Assembly (NCBI GenBank): GCA_036172245.1
Contig: JAYWIR010000044.1
Span: 186,001-250,000 of the forward strand
Source: Raillietiella orientalis
Taxonomy: Eukaryota
Length of the DNA stretch: 64,000 nt
Direction of reading: 5' to 3'
Position 1 is the first letter of the stretch, and each line of letters opens with the position of its first letter. The position numbers and the translations under genes were made by a program. A model generated the notes under the pieces. It searched no databases, was not told where the DNA came from, and saw nothing but the letters and a program-made list of their open reading frames with translations. Below, piece after piece: positions 39,570 through 50,800 of this stretch.

Positions 39570-39988
39570 CTGGCACGACCGCGAGTGTGTCTAGTCGGGT
39601 CCAAACGCGCAGATGCCAACGATCAAGTGCATAAAGTCGAGCGTCGCGGGCCGCGGTGGAGAAGGAGTCTGTGCAGGCGACCCGGATGATGCCTGAATGC
39701 GGCATTCCCGGCCGGGATGGCGTGGCTGCGCTGGTGTGGCGGCTCTCGTGAGCTCGGGGAGATACGATCACCCCAGCCAGGCGGAACGGGGCGGGCGTCG
39801 CGTCCGGACAACGCGGGGCGAGGTGCCGCGCGAGGAAGGACTGAACGAGGCGGATTTTTCATCTCACGATGTAGAGAGGGGGGGAGGGGGAGATGCTTCC
39901 AAGACCAGCATCCGCATCTCGGTTCGGGGAAGGCGACGGGCCATCGTCCCCTTGAGGCGGGGGTGCCGTCTTGACGAACTCGAGTGCC
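39570..39988 (-). repeat. Right arm of the 419-bp inverted repeat
   Basis: See left arm. Confidence 0.95.
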
Positions 39989-40029
39989 TGGCGGTTGCAG
40001 GGCACCGCTCGAAATGTCGGACTCGCTGG

Positions 40030-40110
40030 CTGCGCAGGGGAGGTTTCGAACCCGCTGCCTTTTGTGTGATAGGAGTGCAGGCCCGGTCATCCGGGCGTTT
40101 GGACGGTGCA
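40030..40110 (-). pseudogene. Possible tRNA-derived (Val-like) fragment or SINE head
   Basis: The minus strand reads TCACACAAAAGGCAGCGGGTTCGAAACC, a B-box preceded by a CAC anticodon-like context. No complete cloverleaf is visible. Confidence 0.3.
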
Positions 40111-40779
40111 CGCCGTGGGCAGAGACATCAGGCGGTGTCCGGTGAGAGCGAAACCGGGTGCGAACAAAGAGAAGGAGAAGAAAAATGGAGCGAGGTGAGG
40201 AGTTCGCTTTTGCCGGAGGGTCGCTGTGCAGGACCTGCGCTGCGAGGTTCGCCGCGCGCCTCGTTTCCGGGAGCGGATGCACTGCCCACTCTCCCTAGAG
40301 TGCTCCGGGACCGAATTCTGCCACCCGGATTTTCCATGAGATCGCGGACGCCGTCCTTCGCTCTTTCGCATTGGTGAAGCGTGTGCGAGGCAGCGAGAGG
40401 TGGTCCATACTGCACAGTCGCCTTGAACGCTCATGAGCAGCGCGAGAGTCAAGTGAAGTGACCGCATGGGAAGACGTGAGTAACCCACAAACCTGAATAC
40501 TCTCCTTCCGGTGTTCCTTCGCATCTGGAAATCAGCGGGAGCCTCGAAAGCGAGTGAAGATAGCTCCGCTGCGAGAGGTCGAGGCAATTACGGCACGAGC
40601 GCGGAAGTTTTTCAACAGGTCACGCCCGGGGGCGTTCATTTAGTGAAAAACGGACCAGCTGGGAACACGCTGCCGGAAACAGAGGACGTTTAGTTCCCAA
40701 ATGAGCCAGTCTGAAGGGGGGCTAAAAAAAAACAAAAAAAAAATCAGTAAATCTGGACAAATGGGGCAAGGGTCTTTGA

Positions 40780-41150
40780 GTTCGCTCCGTATACAGCGGG
40801 ATCAATGCACAAAAACCGGGAAAGCTGTGGAGCGAAAATGAGAGAGGAGAATAAGAGGAAAAATAATTAAAATAGGGGAAGCTAGGGACAAAGGTCGCCG
40901 GTTTCCTTCGTTCCTTCCTTTTTAAATTGGCGCTGGATGCCGGCGATCTTCACCTTGTCTTCCTCTTGCAGGTGAGGCGGCCTTGCAACCTTCCTCATGT
41001 AGGTCGCTGCCATCCCGATGACCCCCCTTTCGTCGTCTCCGACCCACGGCGGGCCGTAACGGTGGCGTGGATGCGGCCAGCCTCCGCCACAGTTCCTGGA
41101 GGGCACCGCAGTCCAAAAGCAGATGCGGAGGGGGTGACCCCAGGAACCTG
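40780..41150 (-). mobile_element. 'RDAIHFA' family, strongly diverged copy C
   Basis: ORF 40882..41445 ends GDDERGVIGMAATYMRKVARPPHLQEEDKVKIAGIQRQFKKE, which aligns without gaps to the family peptide. A T-rich tract follows. Confidence 0.5.
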
Positions 41151-42199
41151 CACCACCTGAAAAACAGTTCGGGGCTGCAACCCCTGCGGGGACGCGGTGC
41201 CGGTGCTCCTTGTTGCACCTGAATCCCCAGTGCAGAGAGAGCAGCACAGGCTGCTTCCAGAAGAGCGGGAACGCAGAAGCGTCCAGGCAGCGAGGTGGGA
41301 CCACAAGTTCTTCCGGAGCGACAATCAGGAGTTGACCCCACCAATGGAGTCCAGCGTACGCGGAGTGGCAGCACCCACCAGCACACGCGTCTTCCAGCCG
41401 CCAAAGGGTTCCGTCCTTCCCGCGATGGTGAAGGAAAACTCCCACCTCGCCGGTCGGCAGCTGTCTTCGCTTGCCCTCAAGGCAAACAGCGCTGCTGCAA
41501 GGGGTGTGTGGCGGCCAGAGTCGACCACTTTGCCGTGTCCGGCCTTTGTCCGTGCATCACCACTTCCGGAGGTCGTGGTGGGAAATGCCTCAACATCCTC
41601 CGGGCGCATTCCCTGAAGTACAGTCCGGGACCCAGCAGCCTCCTGCCGCGGAAGCAGGAAGTGACGCGAGCGCGCGCGCGGAAGCACCTGCTGCGAGACT
41701 AGCGTCCCCACTTCCCGGAAGGACGAAACTCTCCGCAGCGGAAGCGAATCCTCTCGAGAAAGCGGGCGTGGCTGGGGAGGTGCGTGTGCCACCGATGGAA
41801 GAGAACCTTCCCTCCCTGAGGGAGCAAATGGGCAGCCGTCTTGCGGATAGATGGGTGGACTCCACGGAAATCTCCGGAAAGAGAAGAGGACTGGGCGAGT
41901 GGGAGACGGTCCAGCTCATCGGCACTGCGACCCCGATTGCTCGACCTCGTGGACTTTTGCGCTGGGGCGTGCTATTGGGTATTACTGAGGAAGACCTGAA
42001 GTGGCACCCGGTGCTCCTAAACACCCGTATCCTCCTCTTTAAGTGGCAGGAGTTGGCGTTGCTGCTGCTGCACTGGGACCTCCCGTTCAATGCCTGCCAG
42101 CAACACTGGACACGGATGTGTGTGTGTGTGTGTGTGGACCCCAACTGTGGGCAGAAGCAGGGAGCGGGAATGCCTCCCGCACCTGCTAGTGGACTGCGT

Positions 42200-42600
42200 T
42201 GCCCTCTGGCCCCTCTGAGAACGCTTTGTGGAGGCCCTATGAACCTCCAGGGGCAACTCCGGCGGCAGAGGTGTCACATCCACTTCGCCGTCCGCCGAAC
42301 CCCCAGGGGAGGGCAACAAGGTGGCTCCAGCCGGACAACAACATCCAGCAAGAGCTTTGCCGCTATTTCCCAAAGGATGCGGAGGAACACCCCCAGCACA
42401 CAGTGAGATCCCTTCCCGCACCCTCTCAAAATTGCTTTAATTCTATTTTTGTTTGACCCTTCCCCTCTGCTGCCTTGGTGGACCTCACCGGTAACACGGC
42501 AGGTTAGGTGTGAAAAGGACGGGGCTGGACCACTGATCCAGCCACAGAAATCGTAAATGTTTATTTATTTTATAAACAAACGCCCCGGAGTACCCGGGTG
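42200..42600 (+). mobile_element. 'RDAIHFA' family, frameshifted copy D
   Basis: IHFAV, WLQPDNNIQQEL and QRMRR lie in different frames. They are followed by a T-rich tract, CCCCTCTGCTGCCTTGGTGGACCTCACCGGT, GGCTGGACCACTG and AAACGCCCCGGAGTACCCGGGTG. Confidence 0.7.
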
Positions 42601-44805
42601 AAAATCGATCCACGTGACTCGCGCGCGCGCCGGTCGGAGCACCACCGCGCCGCAGGCGCGCTCGAAGAAGCAGAGACCCTGACACATACCACTGCCGATC
42701 GAGATGGGATCGGTTAGGGTTATGCATAAAAATAAGGGACGTCCCTATGAATAAACTATGGCCGCGGATAGCCGGAAATCAGCATACCCGTGGGAACTCG
42801 CAGTGGACGAACCCCGGAATTTATTTCCTCTCTGTAGGTCCTCTGCGTTGCGAGAGCAGCAGCGAGCTACTGGCTGGGGAAAAAAAGGGAGATGAAGATG
42901 CAACCGCTTCGGAAGCACAGGGGTCGAACGCGTGACTCCGGGACGCCATCCCGTGGTTCAGCGAGTCATTGCCTCTCGTCCCTCGCCCAGTTCACGAAGG
43001 CAAGTCGATAGAACCATCTGCTGGTTTCCTCGCTCTTTGTCATCTCAAAGTTACCGTCTCAGAGTCAGGGCAGCAGAATTTCCTCCGTGCTTCAGGGCAT
43101 GGACTGACTGTCAACCCCTCCCCCCCCCCTTTCACCGAGAACGGCGTCTTCAGCAACCGCCATTAAGCCCGATCTCACCCCCTGAGGACGGTTGCTTCAA
43201 TGTTTAATGAAGTCGGGATTGCCGAGGAGTCCTCTCCGCTCGTGCGGAAGTCGAGTCGTTCCTCGCATCTCGGGGGGGGGGACTGCCTGCTGCCACCTTG
43301 CGACCGACTCGAAAAGAGAGTCGTCACGTGGGGAAGGGGAAGGAGAGCACGGCGTGAAACTTGCCTCTCAAAAGACTGCGAGCGTGCGTTCCTCGTGAGC
43401 AGGAGACCTTCCCTGAGGGCCTGGTCAGCTGGCCAGCGCTCGCCCTGCGAAATGATGGACTGCCACGGAAGCGACCCGCGCGAACGGCCGATCTAAATAC
43501 CAAGACGTCTTCGCGGAACGGCTTCCCTTGGCACCCACCTCCGGAGCCGCCACCGCCCAGCTCGCCCGGGTGCTCGCGAGGGACCGCGGTGCGACCTCTC
43601 TCTCTTCGCCAGGAACAGACAGCTGGACGTCGGCCTCGCTCCCGGTAATTTTCGAGCGAGAGGAGCACGCGACAGGCTCGTCGCTGGCAACGGCGGCCGA
43701 ACAAAACGATCGGTTTTTGTTTTTCGGTGTTATTTCGGGAAGAAAGAAGAAGGAGGAAAAATTTTTTCCTCGCGTGGAAAAGAAACATTTCTGGAAGGAA
43801 AACGGCGAGGTTGTGATTAACCTAATGGGATGATAGCAGCTAGCAAAAGTTCCTCCGGGAGTTCGAAAAATCGTTAGGGACACAAGAATCACCGACTGCT
43901 GGCCCCGGACGGTGTGCGCCTCCGGAATCTCCGCCGCGGAAATCCCGTTGCGGGGCAACGAAACGGTCCTGCCGCGCGTGGGAGGGCGCACCGCGAGGCC
44001 TCCTCGGTGGGCAGCGCGGAACGCGGGAGCCCTCCCCCCCCACCCACCCCATCCGAGGCATCGCCGGAAGAGGCGCGAACTGAGGACGGGGGGGGGCGGG
44101 CGAGGTTTCGCGCGCGCGCGCGGGCAGAGCCGCCGTCCCTGCCAGCGCGCCGCGCACGCGCGGGAGCACGCGAACGCCCGCCGGGCGCCGCGTGAAATCC
44201 GCCGGAATCTCAGAGCCTGGCGCCGCGGGTGGAGGCATCTCGAAGCCGCGGTCCCCCCTGCGCGACCGTGACGACGGTGCCAGGGAACCGTGGACAGCCC
44301 TGTCCGCTGGCGTAACAGCAGCCGCCTGAGCGCTGTACCCCGCGGTCGTGGTCGCTGGGAACGGAATCGGGGCACAGACGGGTGCAGAAGAGGGAGAATG
44401 CAGCAGCAGCTCTTCGCGGAATTTCGCTCGCCGTCCAAACTGCTGTTTCCCGGGAGCAGATGCGGGGAAGTGCATTTCCCTGTGGAAGGCGTTGCACGTC
44501 GATCCGCCAGCGGCTTGGAACGAAAATCCTGCACGGCCCACGATTCGGGACGGCGAAGCTGAAGGTGCCTCCATTATCCGGCCGTCGCCTATTTCCTGCT
44601 CACAGGCAGCACGGGACCAGCGTGCGCTGAAGGATGCTGCGGCTCCGATGACCTCTGCACATCTTTCCTGCGAAGTTTTCATCTTTCCTACTGTGCTTTT
44701 CTTCCGTCGATTCCATTCCACTTCCGTCTTCTTCTTTTTTTTTTTTCGAGGAGGAGCTCCTTGAGTGCTGAAGAATCGTTCGCCTCCTTAACGACACTCA
44801 CGAAG

Positions 44806-44888
44806 CTCTTTAACACTGTCCACGCCATCCGCGGGTGCGCGTTACTCTTCAGGCTAGGGAGCAATCCCGTAGGGACCACCCTATGAAT
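44806..44888 (+). repeat. Conserved ~80-nt non-coding motif, copy 2 (partner 29533-29613)
   Basis: See copy 1. This copy includes a GGGA-GCAA-TCCC GNRA tetraloop hairpin. Confidence 0.75.
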
Positions 44889-45189
44889 AGGGAGGTGAAG
44901 TGCATAATCAATAGTGGGGAAAGATCATTTAAGTACGTGGACAACTCGGGAGCTGGCGGACGCTGCCACCCTGAGTGCCCCTCCAAGAGGACTGCTAGCG
45001 CCTCCGGAGGAGGTGCAATGGCCTCCAGCGTGCTGGAACAGTCCTACTCTCCCCCTAAAGTAGCAGGAGTCGGTGACCCTTCTGTCGCATGGGGGCCTAC
45101 CGTGCAACACCCACCGACACCATTGAACCCCAACTGCAGCAGGTGAGGAGAAAGAGAGTCCTGAACCTGCTCATGGACTATGTTACCCT

Positions 45190-45706
45190 CCGCCCATTGT
45201 GGGAACTTTTGCCGCGTCCCTGAGGATTCTCGAGGACAGCCCCAGAGACGTTTTCAATTCTCGAGGACTGTGTGACGTCCTCGCGCTGTGCCGCCCACGT
45301 GGCAGGATCGTGGCTGCATGGAGCAACGCCAGAGGAGGCCAGAACGACAGGGACGCCATCTATTTTGCCGTCCTCTTCGTGAGGATAACGTCAAGATCTG
45401 GCCCCATCTGGGGATCGTAAAGTAGGAACTTGCCGGCATCCTGGAAAGGATGCAGAGGACGCCCTCCAGCACCCGGTGATCACTTCCCGAACCTTCCCAA
45501 TTTTTTCGTACATATTTTTTTGGTTTTATTTTTCTTTTTGCTTATCCCCTCCTCACCCCCTCTGCTGCCAGGGCGAGCATCGCCGGCCTACGCGCCATTT
45601 CTGGGCAGGTTCCCATGGTTACATCTGTAACGTGGCAAGACCAAGCGTCCTGTCACTGAGCTGTATGTTTGTTTTTATAGAAATAAACTTCCCGGCGCCA
45701 CCGGGC
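45190..45706 (+). mobile_element. 'RDAIHFA' family, frameshifted copy E
   Basis: ALCRPRGRIVAAWSNARGGQNDRDAIYFAVLFVR is followed in another frame by ELAGILERMQR, then a T-rich tract, CCCCTCTGCTGCC, AATAAA (45682) and CCCGGCGCCACCGGG. Confidence 0.72.
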
Positions 45707-46319
45707 GTCAACCCTATGAATCCAGGAAGATTCCGGAAACAGCAGTCCGAAGAAAACCGAGCCCTTGATTCCTGGAAGAATTCCAGAGGGTCAACTTCGA
45801 ATCCCGGCCAGTCGACGGTGCCAAACAGCCACCAGCCAAACGGCGTCATCTTGCGGGGGGACTCGAAACCCAAGACGAGCGAGATTCGAACGTGCAACGC
45901 TTGGTGTCACGAGCGGAGCCTCCCAGCCGGCCGCCAACGCGGACCATCTGCCCGATTTCGATGAGGAATCGAAAACGGACCAACTGGAGAAGACATCCAT
46001 CTTAATCACTTGCAGCTAAAAGAGACCCAGGGAGCACCACTGTGTCCTTTCCATCGGGTTTTTACGAATTGACTGAGTTGTGAAGGAATACGATCGTCTG
46101 TAGGAATACGATTTCCAATAATTTTGGAAATAATTGTATGTGATACAGCATCATATTGCAACTGTACGCTTGGATTCTCAAGATGTGGGTTTAGAGTGGG
46201 CTCAACTCACAAATTTTAAATTAACAGTTACCTGCAAATCTTTGTCCAAAGAAGGACCACAATGAAGTTGATAACATCCATACAGAAAATTCGTGTAAAG
46301 CTGAAGTTGGAAACGCTTT

Positions 46320-46670
46320 CTAGTATACCATATTGTAATGCGTACTGTACGATACGATATACAAACAGAATGATCTGATACGGCATAATGTAATTTCAAA
46401 ACAGTATGATATATGATGTGGTGCAATGTAAAACTAATGGAATAAGATATGAGGTGATGTGACATAATGCAACAGTAATGCAACGTGACATGGTGTGACA
46501 CGGTGTCAGACCAAGTTAATATTATGTCATACTTAAACTGTGTACATAACCGGATGTGATGGGACAGAGTAATACATGATGTACACAAAGGAGTGTAATG
46601 TATAAGGAAACGATATAAAGCATAGGCAGCGTAGTAGGTCATAACGCGCTCCAATACAGCATAACGTAGC
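46320..46670. repeat. Degenerate 5-bp-period simple repeat (ATGTG/ATATG-like)
   Basis: ATATG ATGTG GTGCA ATGTA ... ATATG AGGTG ATGTG ACATA ATGCA ACAGT; AT-rich relative to its flanks. Confidence 0.65.
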
Positions 46671-47266
46671 CGTCAGCAATTCTGCTTAATAAAGTCAGGA
46701 CATTCACCTTTCCAAGAGAGGAATTCCATGATGGCGCGCTGTTCTTGCAAGGAACACAAAACGCCCGCGCGGACGAATCAACAGGAAAAACAAACTGCGC
46801 GGTGTTTATTTTTCCTTTTAAGACGAAAAACATCTCCTCGGAGAGCAGCCGAAAAGTGAAACCTTCATTCCGGAGTCCAGTCTTATTCACAAATGCCTCC
46901 CAGGGGTGCCATGGCTGAACACGAAGAGGATTCAAATATCGCCCGCATGCATCCTGCCTGCCGTTGGATTCCAGCTGGGTTCCACCCTTCCAGAGCGCTC
47001 CTGCGAAAGTTTGCTCTTCCACGTTCGAAATTCCTCTTAGCGCGTTGCTTCCCTTCCTCTAAACATCGCGCAGTTTCACCGACGCCATTATGGCCGACGT
47101 CCTCCGACGCTCCCATAGCCGCCCTGCCCCGCACTAAGGGGTTTCACCGAACTCCCTCCTCGCTGGCTGCCCCAGGTTGCTTTACTCAGGAAATTCTGCC
47201 TGCAATTCCAGGTCACCTGCCAGGTCACGTTTTCAGTTTCGCTCCGAACGACGACGGGCAGTCGAG

Positions 47267-47870
47267 TTTTTTATTGCTTTGATTTACAATTATACAACAG
47301 GCTACAGGGGGGCTTTTGACATTCTTCCGGCATTCTTCCTCTATTCATCTGGGGCGCTCGTCGCCCCTCATCATGCTGGATCCTGTCCTCCGTTTCGCGA
47401 AAGCCGATCTTCGGTATTCTCCGGCAGCATCTGTTGGTCTTTCGTGTGACGTGGGCTGCATAGATGTCGCTGGAGTACCGGATGCATTACCATACCATCC
47501 GGTGCCTCACCGCCACCACGTGCTTTTTGGGAATTCCAGGATCTCGAAGCACTTCCTGGTTACCTGGATCCCAGGTTCCCAGAGAGCCAACGATGGAAGC
47601 ACGCACCCTGCACTGCTTCCCCTCCCTGCCTAGCTGCAGGGCTGCCTCCTTGTGCTTTTCCTGTTTGCTCCTCCTGGCTGCGCCCCCTGAACGCCTCTCC
47701 CCCACCCTCGTACGGGTAGCAGACGTCCTGCACTGTGAACTGGTTTCCTTTTTTCAGCACCAGGTCCGGTCTTAAGAGGGAATTCGTTCCTGGAGCCTTC
47801 TGGTTAGTGGACACTGGGGAGTCCACTTCCCTTCCTCCACTGTGGCCTTGATGATAATCTCTTCAACCTA
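47267..47870 (-). mobile_element. 3' remnant of an RLE-type non-LTR retrotransposon (NeSL/Utopia/R2-superfamily-like)
   Basis: LRPDLVLKKGNQFTVQDVCYPYEGGGEAF / ARRSKQEKH...IVGSLGTWDPGNQEVLRDPGI...RMVW*CIRYSSDIYAAHVT is a PD-(D/E)xK RLE C-terminus with a frameshift and a stop. AATAAA and a short A run follow at 47275-47267. Confidence 0.85.
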
Positions 47871-50800
47871 CTTCAAATCGAGTCTGCAAATGATAACACC
47901 AATTTCTGAAACCTACCCACGCTATGCCTTGCGCACCTAAAAACCTGGTGACTCCCTCCCCTAGAGTTCCCCCGTCATGACTAGCAAACAGGAGGAAATT
48001 TAGAACGAAGGGCTGACGAGGTCGCTAAGGGCGAGTCCACAGAGCAGTTTGAGAGAGACAGCAGAAGTCACTCGGACAGCCAGCCTCCAGGTGCGAAGCA
48101 GACACCAGGACTTCAGAACAGAAGAACGTTCCCGCCTGGTTTGCACAAGAGGCCGGTTTGTAGCTGGACCGATGACGAAGAGGACAATCTGGGACGCCAC
48201 GGCAAAGTGGAGACGCCGAAAGCACCCAGAAGGCTTGGATGCAACTTGAATAATTACTCAAGCCGTGGGAGGCACAGAGTAGAACTCTCCCCAAGGAACT
48301 TGGGTCTTGGAAACTTTTCAAGACCTTTCAATGGACGCCGCAGGACGGCAGTTTCTCCAGATGGCCGACTGCGGCGTGCTCCAGGACAACGCAGAATGAT
48401 GGCGAAGGTGAAGACGACTTGCCATGGTTCGGACCAACTGGGATGTGATCAGGGAAAGCATACACTAAAAATGGGAAGTCGGTTGTAGCCTTGAACGTCG
48501 TGGTGGAAACACCCCAGCGGCTGAACGTTCTGTGATGTTGTATGACGTTACCATTTAAATAAGACTTAAACTCCAATATATACGTATTTTTTAATCCCCA
48601 CTTCCTTAAGGTTTCTTGAGTTATCAAGCGAATCCCCTTTGGCATTCATCATCCTTCCCTAAAAACTTGTGCTGTTCCCTCTACATCGAATTCGCGGTGC
48701 ACAAATTCACCAAAAGCACAGAATTCTAATCGTTTCTGCCCTTTCCTAGCAAATAGGGTAGGAACCGGAAAACTGGAAAACTACCCTTCATCGTGGTGCT
48801 TAGCTGATGTTCATCACCTTCCCTGAAGATGAGTCGATGCGAGGATTTCACAGAAACGATCACTCCTCATCTGAGGCCAATTCGCTGTCCAAGGAGACGA
48901 AACTCATTCGCTCGCCCTCCTCTTCTACTTGACACCTCTGAATTCAGATCATTCGGTCCGTCAAGTGCATCAAAGTTAAAGGATGTGGTACAGGGAAGAG
49001 CAGTTATGAATTTCCCCTGTTGATCGAAGAGTCCGAGGTACCTTCGCAGCGGAGGATACAGCAGCCTTCGTCACCGGTGTGTTCCCGGCGCTCCAAAACC
49101 ACACCCATAATTGCATGATGCAAGAAGTGAAGCTGGCAAATCTCCACTTTGATGCCGAGGAAACTCTCAGACAACAGTTCTGGAAAAAGCTGTTCGGGAA
49201 CCATTGCAGTGCGTTTAACCCCTCGGCTGACACTGTCGGCATCTTGCAGTCGTCACGCGAAAGCATCAGCCGGGAGATTGGTTTTGCTGTCTGTCAATAG
49301 CTGTCGCACCTGAGCTGAAATGCACGTGGCTGGCGCTGCATAACTCTATTGATTTCGCCGTTCCAACTGCCACTCTTCGAGAAAGGAAAAGAAGGAAAGA
49401 AAAAATTCAAAGGAGCTTTTCCCCCCATTTTCATGAGAAGCAGTATGTGAAGGTCGCTTGCGTCCCTACTGAAAATTGCTATGTCGCAGCACGGGATATA
49501 TTGATGGTCCAATAAGAAACATGGCACCTCGCAATAAATATGAGTCGGGCGATGAAGTGGATCAGGAAACAGGGAAGGAACCATGCCTGGAAGACTTTGC
49601 TGCATCCTTGCGATGGATCCATTAATCGAAGCTCCTTGCGAGTGGCAGACGCGAAAGCAGATTTGCAAATCGGAACCCACCACGCCTACGGGTTCCCTTC
49701 AGGTGACCTCTCCTCTCGTAAGATTCGGACAGATTTGGCTTTCTGGAGGCGGTGCTTCTCCCGATGCTGCTCCGCGTGGATGCCATTTCACCTCTTTCCT
49801 GCGTCATGAATCATTTGAAAATTCCCATTCATGCAAGTGCGCTCTTCCGTGCCGGTGAGCGGTCTCCTCCTCGGATGTTCGCAGGAATTCCTTTCAACGG
49901 CCGCAGAGGTCTTCCTCGCGCCGAGCTGGTACAGCCGCAGGTGGCAAGCAAGTGTTCCTCTGCGGGGAGATCGAAAAGAGATGTTTGGGCGCTGTTCTGA
50001 GCGGACATCCACTTCCGTCTAACTTTCTTCATTCGGTCGCAAAATCACGACTCAGTGCTCGGAATAAGTTGTGATTAACGGAGTCGAGGCAGCGATAATC
50101 AGAGCTATTGGCCCAAACGGCGACGATCCCCTGGTAAATTACAGATAGGATTGGATTGGACCTGACTGACCTGATGAACTGACCTAACCTGATTGGATCT
50201 GATGCACTGCACGCAAAAGATCAAATGCTGCTCAGCTGCTGCCAAGCCTCATCCTTCTTCCTCCCCTGCACCCGGACAAGAATCGCGAAGATGCCGGTTT
50301 CCAACGAAATCCTGTTCTTGCAAACTCGACGCATTTCCAAGGAAGACCCGCAGTGGCTTTTCTTCTCAGGGGTGGCCACTCAACAGAACTAGAGCTAGAG
50401 GAAGAGGGGAGGAAGAATGGGATCACACCAGTGACCCGCAGATTCCACTGTAGATGGCGCATCAGAAGAACGGTCCACGCGAGGAAGGAGGAAGCTGTTC
50501 TATGAGGGAATTCATGGATGGTGCTCACTTTCTTTTTCTCTGCCTGAGAGAGATGCGGCTTGCAGTACCGAGCAGCTGAAGAGAACTATTCCAATTCAAC
50601 TCGCTCCTTCCAGGACCGGCGAACCTGCTGCGTTGTTCCTTCCCGCGAAGCTGCAGCCTGTTGCAGTACCTGAAGATCCCGAAACCATCTACTACGAGTA
50701 CCAGATGCTTAGCACAGGACAGGCACACGGGTGGAATCCTGGAACGGACTGAGGTTCTGTCTCTGATAGTGCATTCTTTTGCGCCAGAGCTTTCGAAGCA

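Noticed and set aside
43425..44721. 369-aa and 293-aa minus ORFs in a CpG-rich island
   Set aside because: Extreme GC content and low-complexity Arg/Ala/Pro translation with no domain. It may be a promoter island, but no associated gene is visible.
44806..44925. Twister ribozyme (UAACACUG start, CACU/AGUG pairing)
   Set aside because: Lacks the conserved UCCCAAGC-type L4 loop, and the 3' pairing is absent in the 29.5-kb copy.
46202..46654. 150-aa His/Tyr/Ile-rich minus ORF
   Set aside because: Translation of a degenerate pentanucleotide repeat.
48040..48480. Gag-like fragments (RGRFVAG, DQLG)
   Set aside because: Too short and frameshifted; no LTR or pol evidence.
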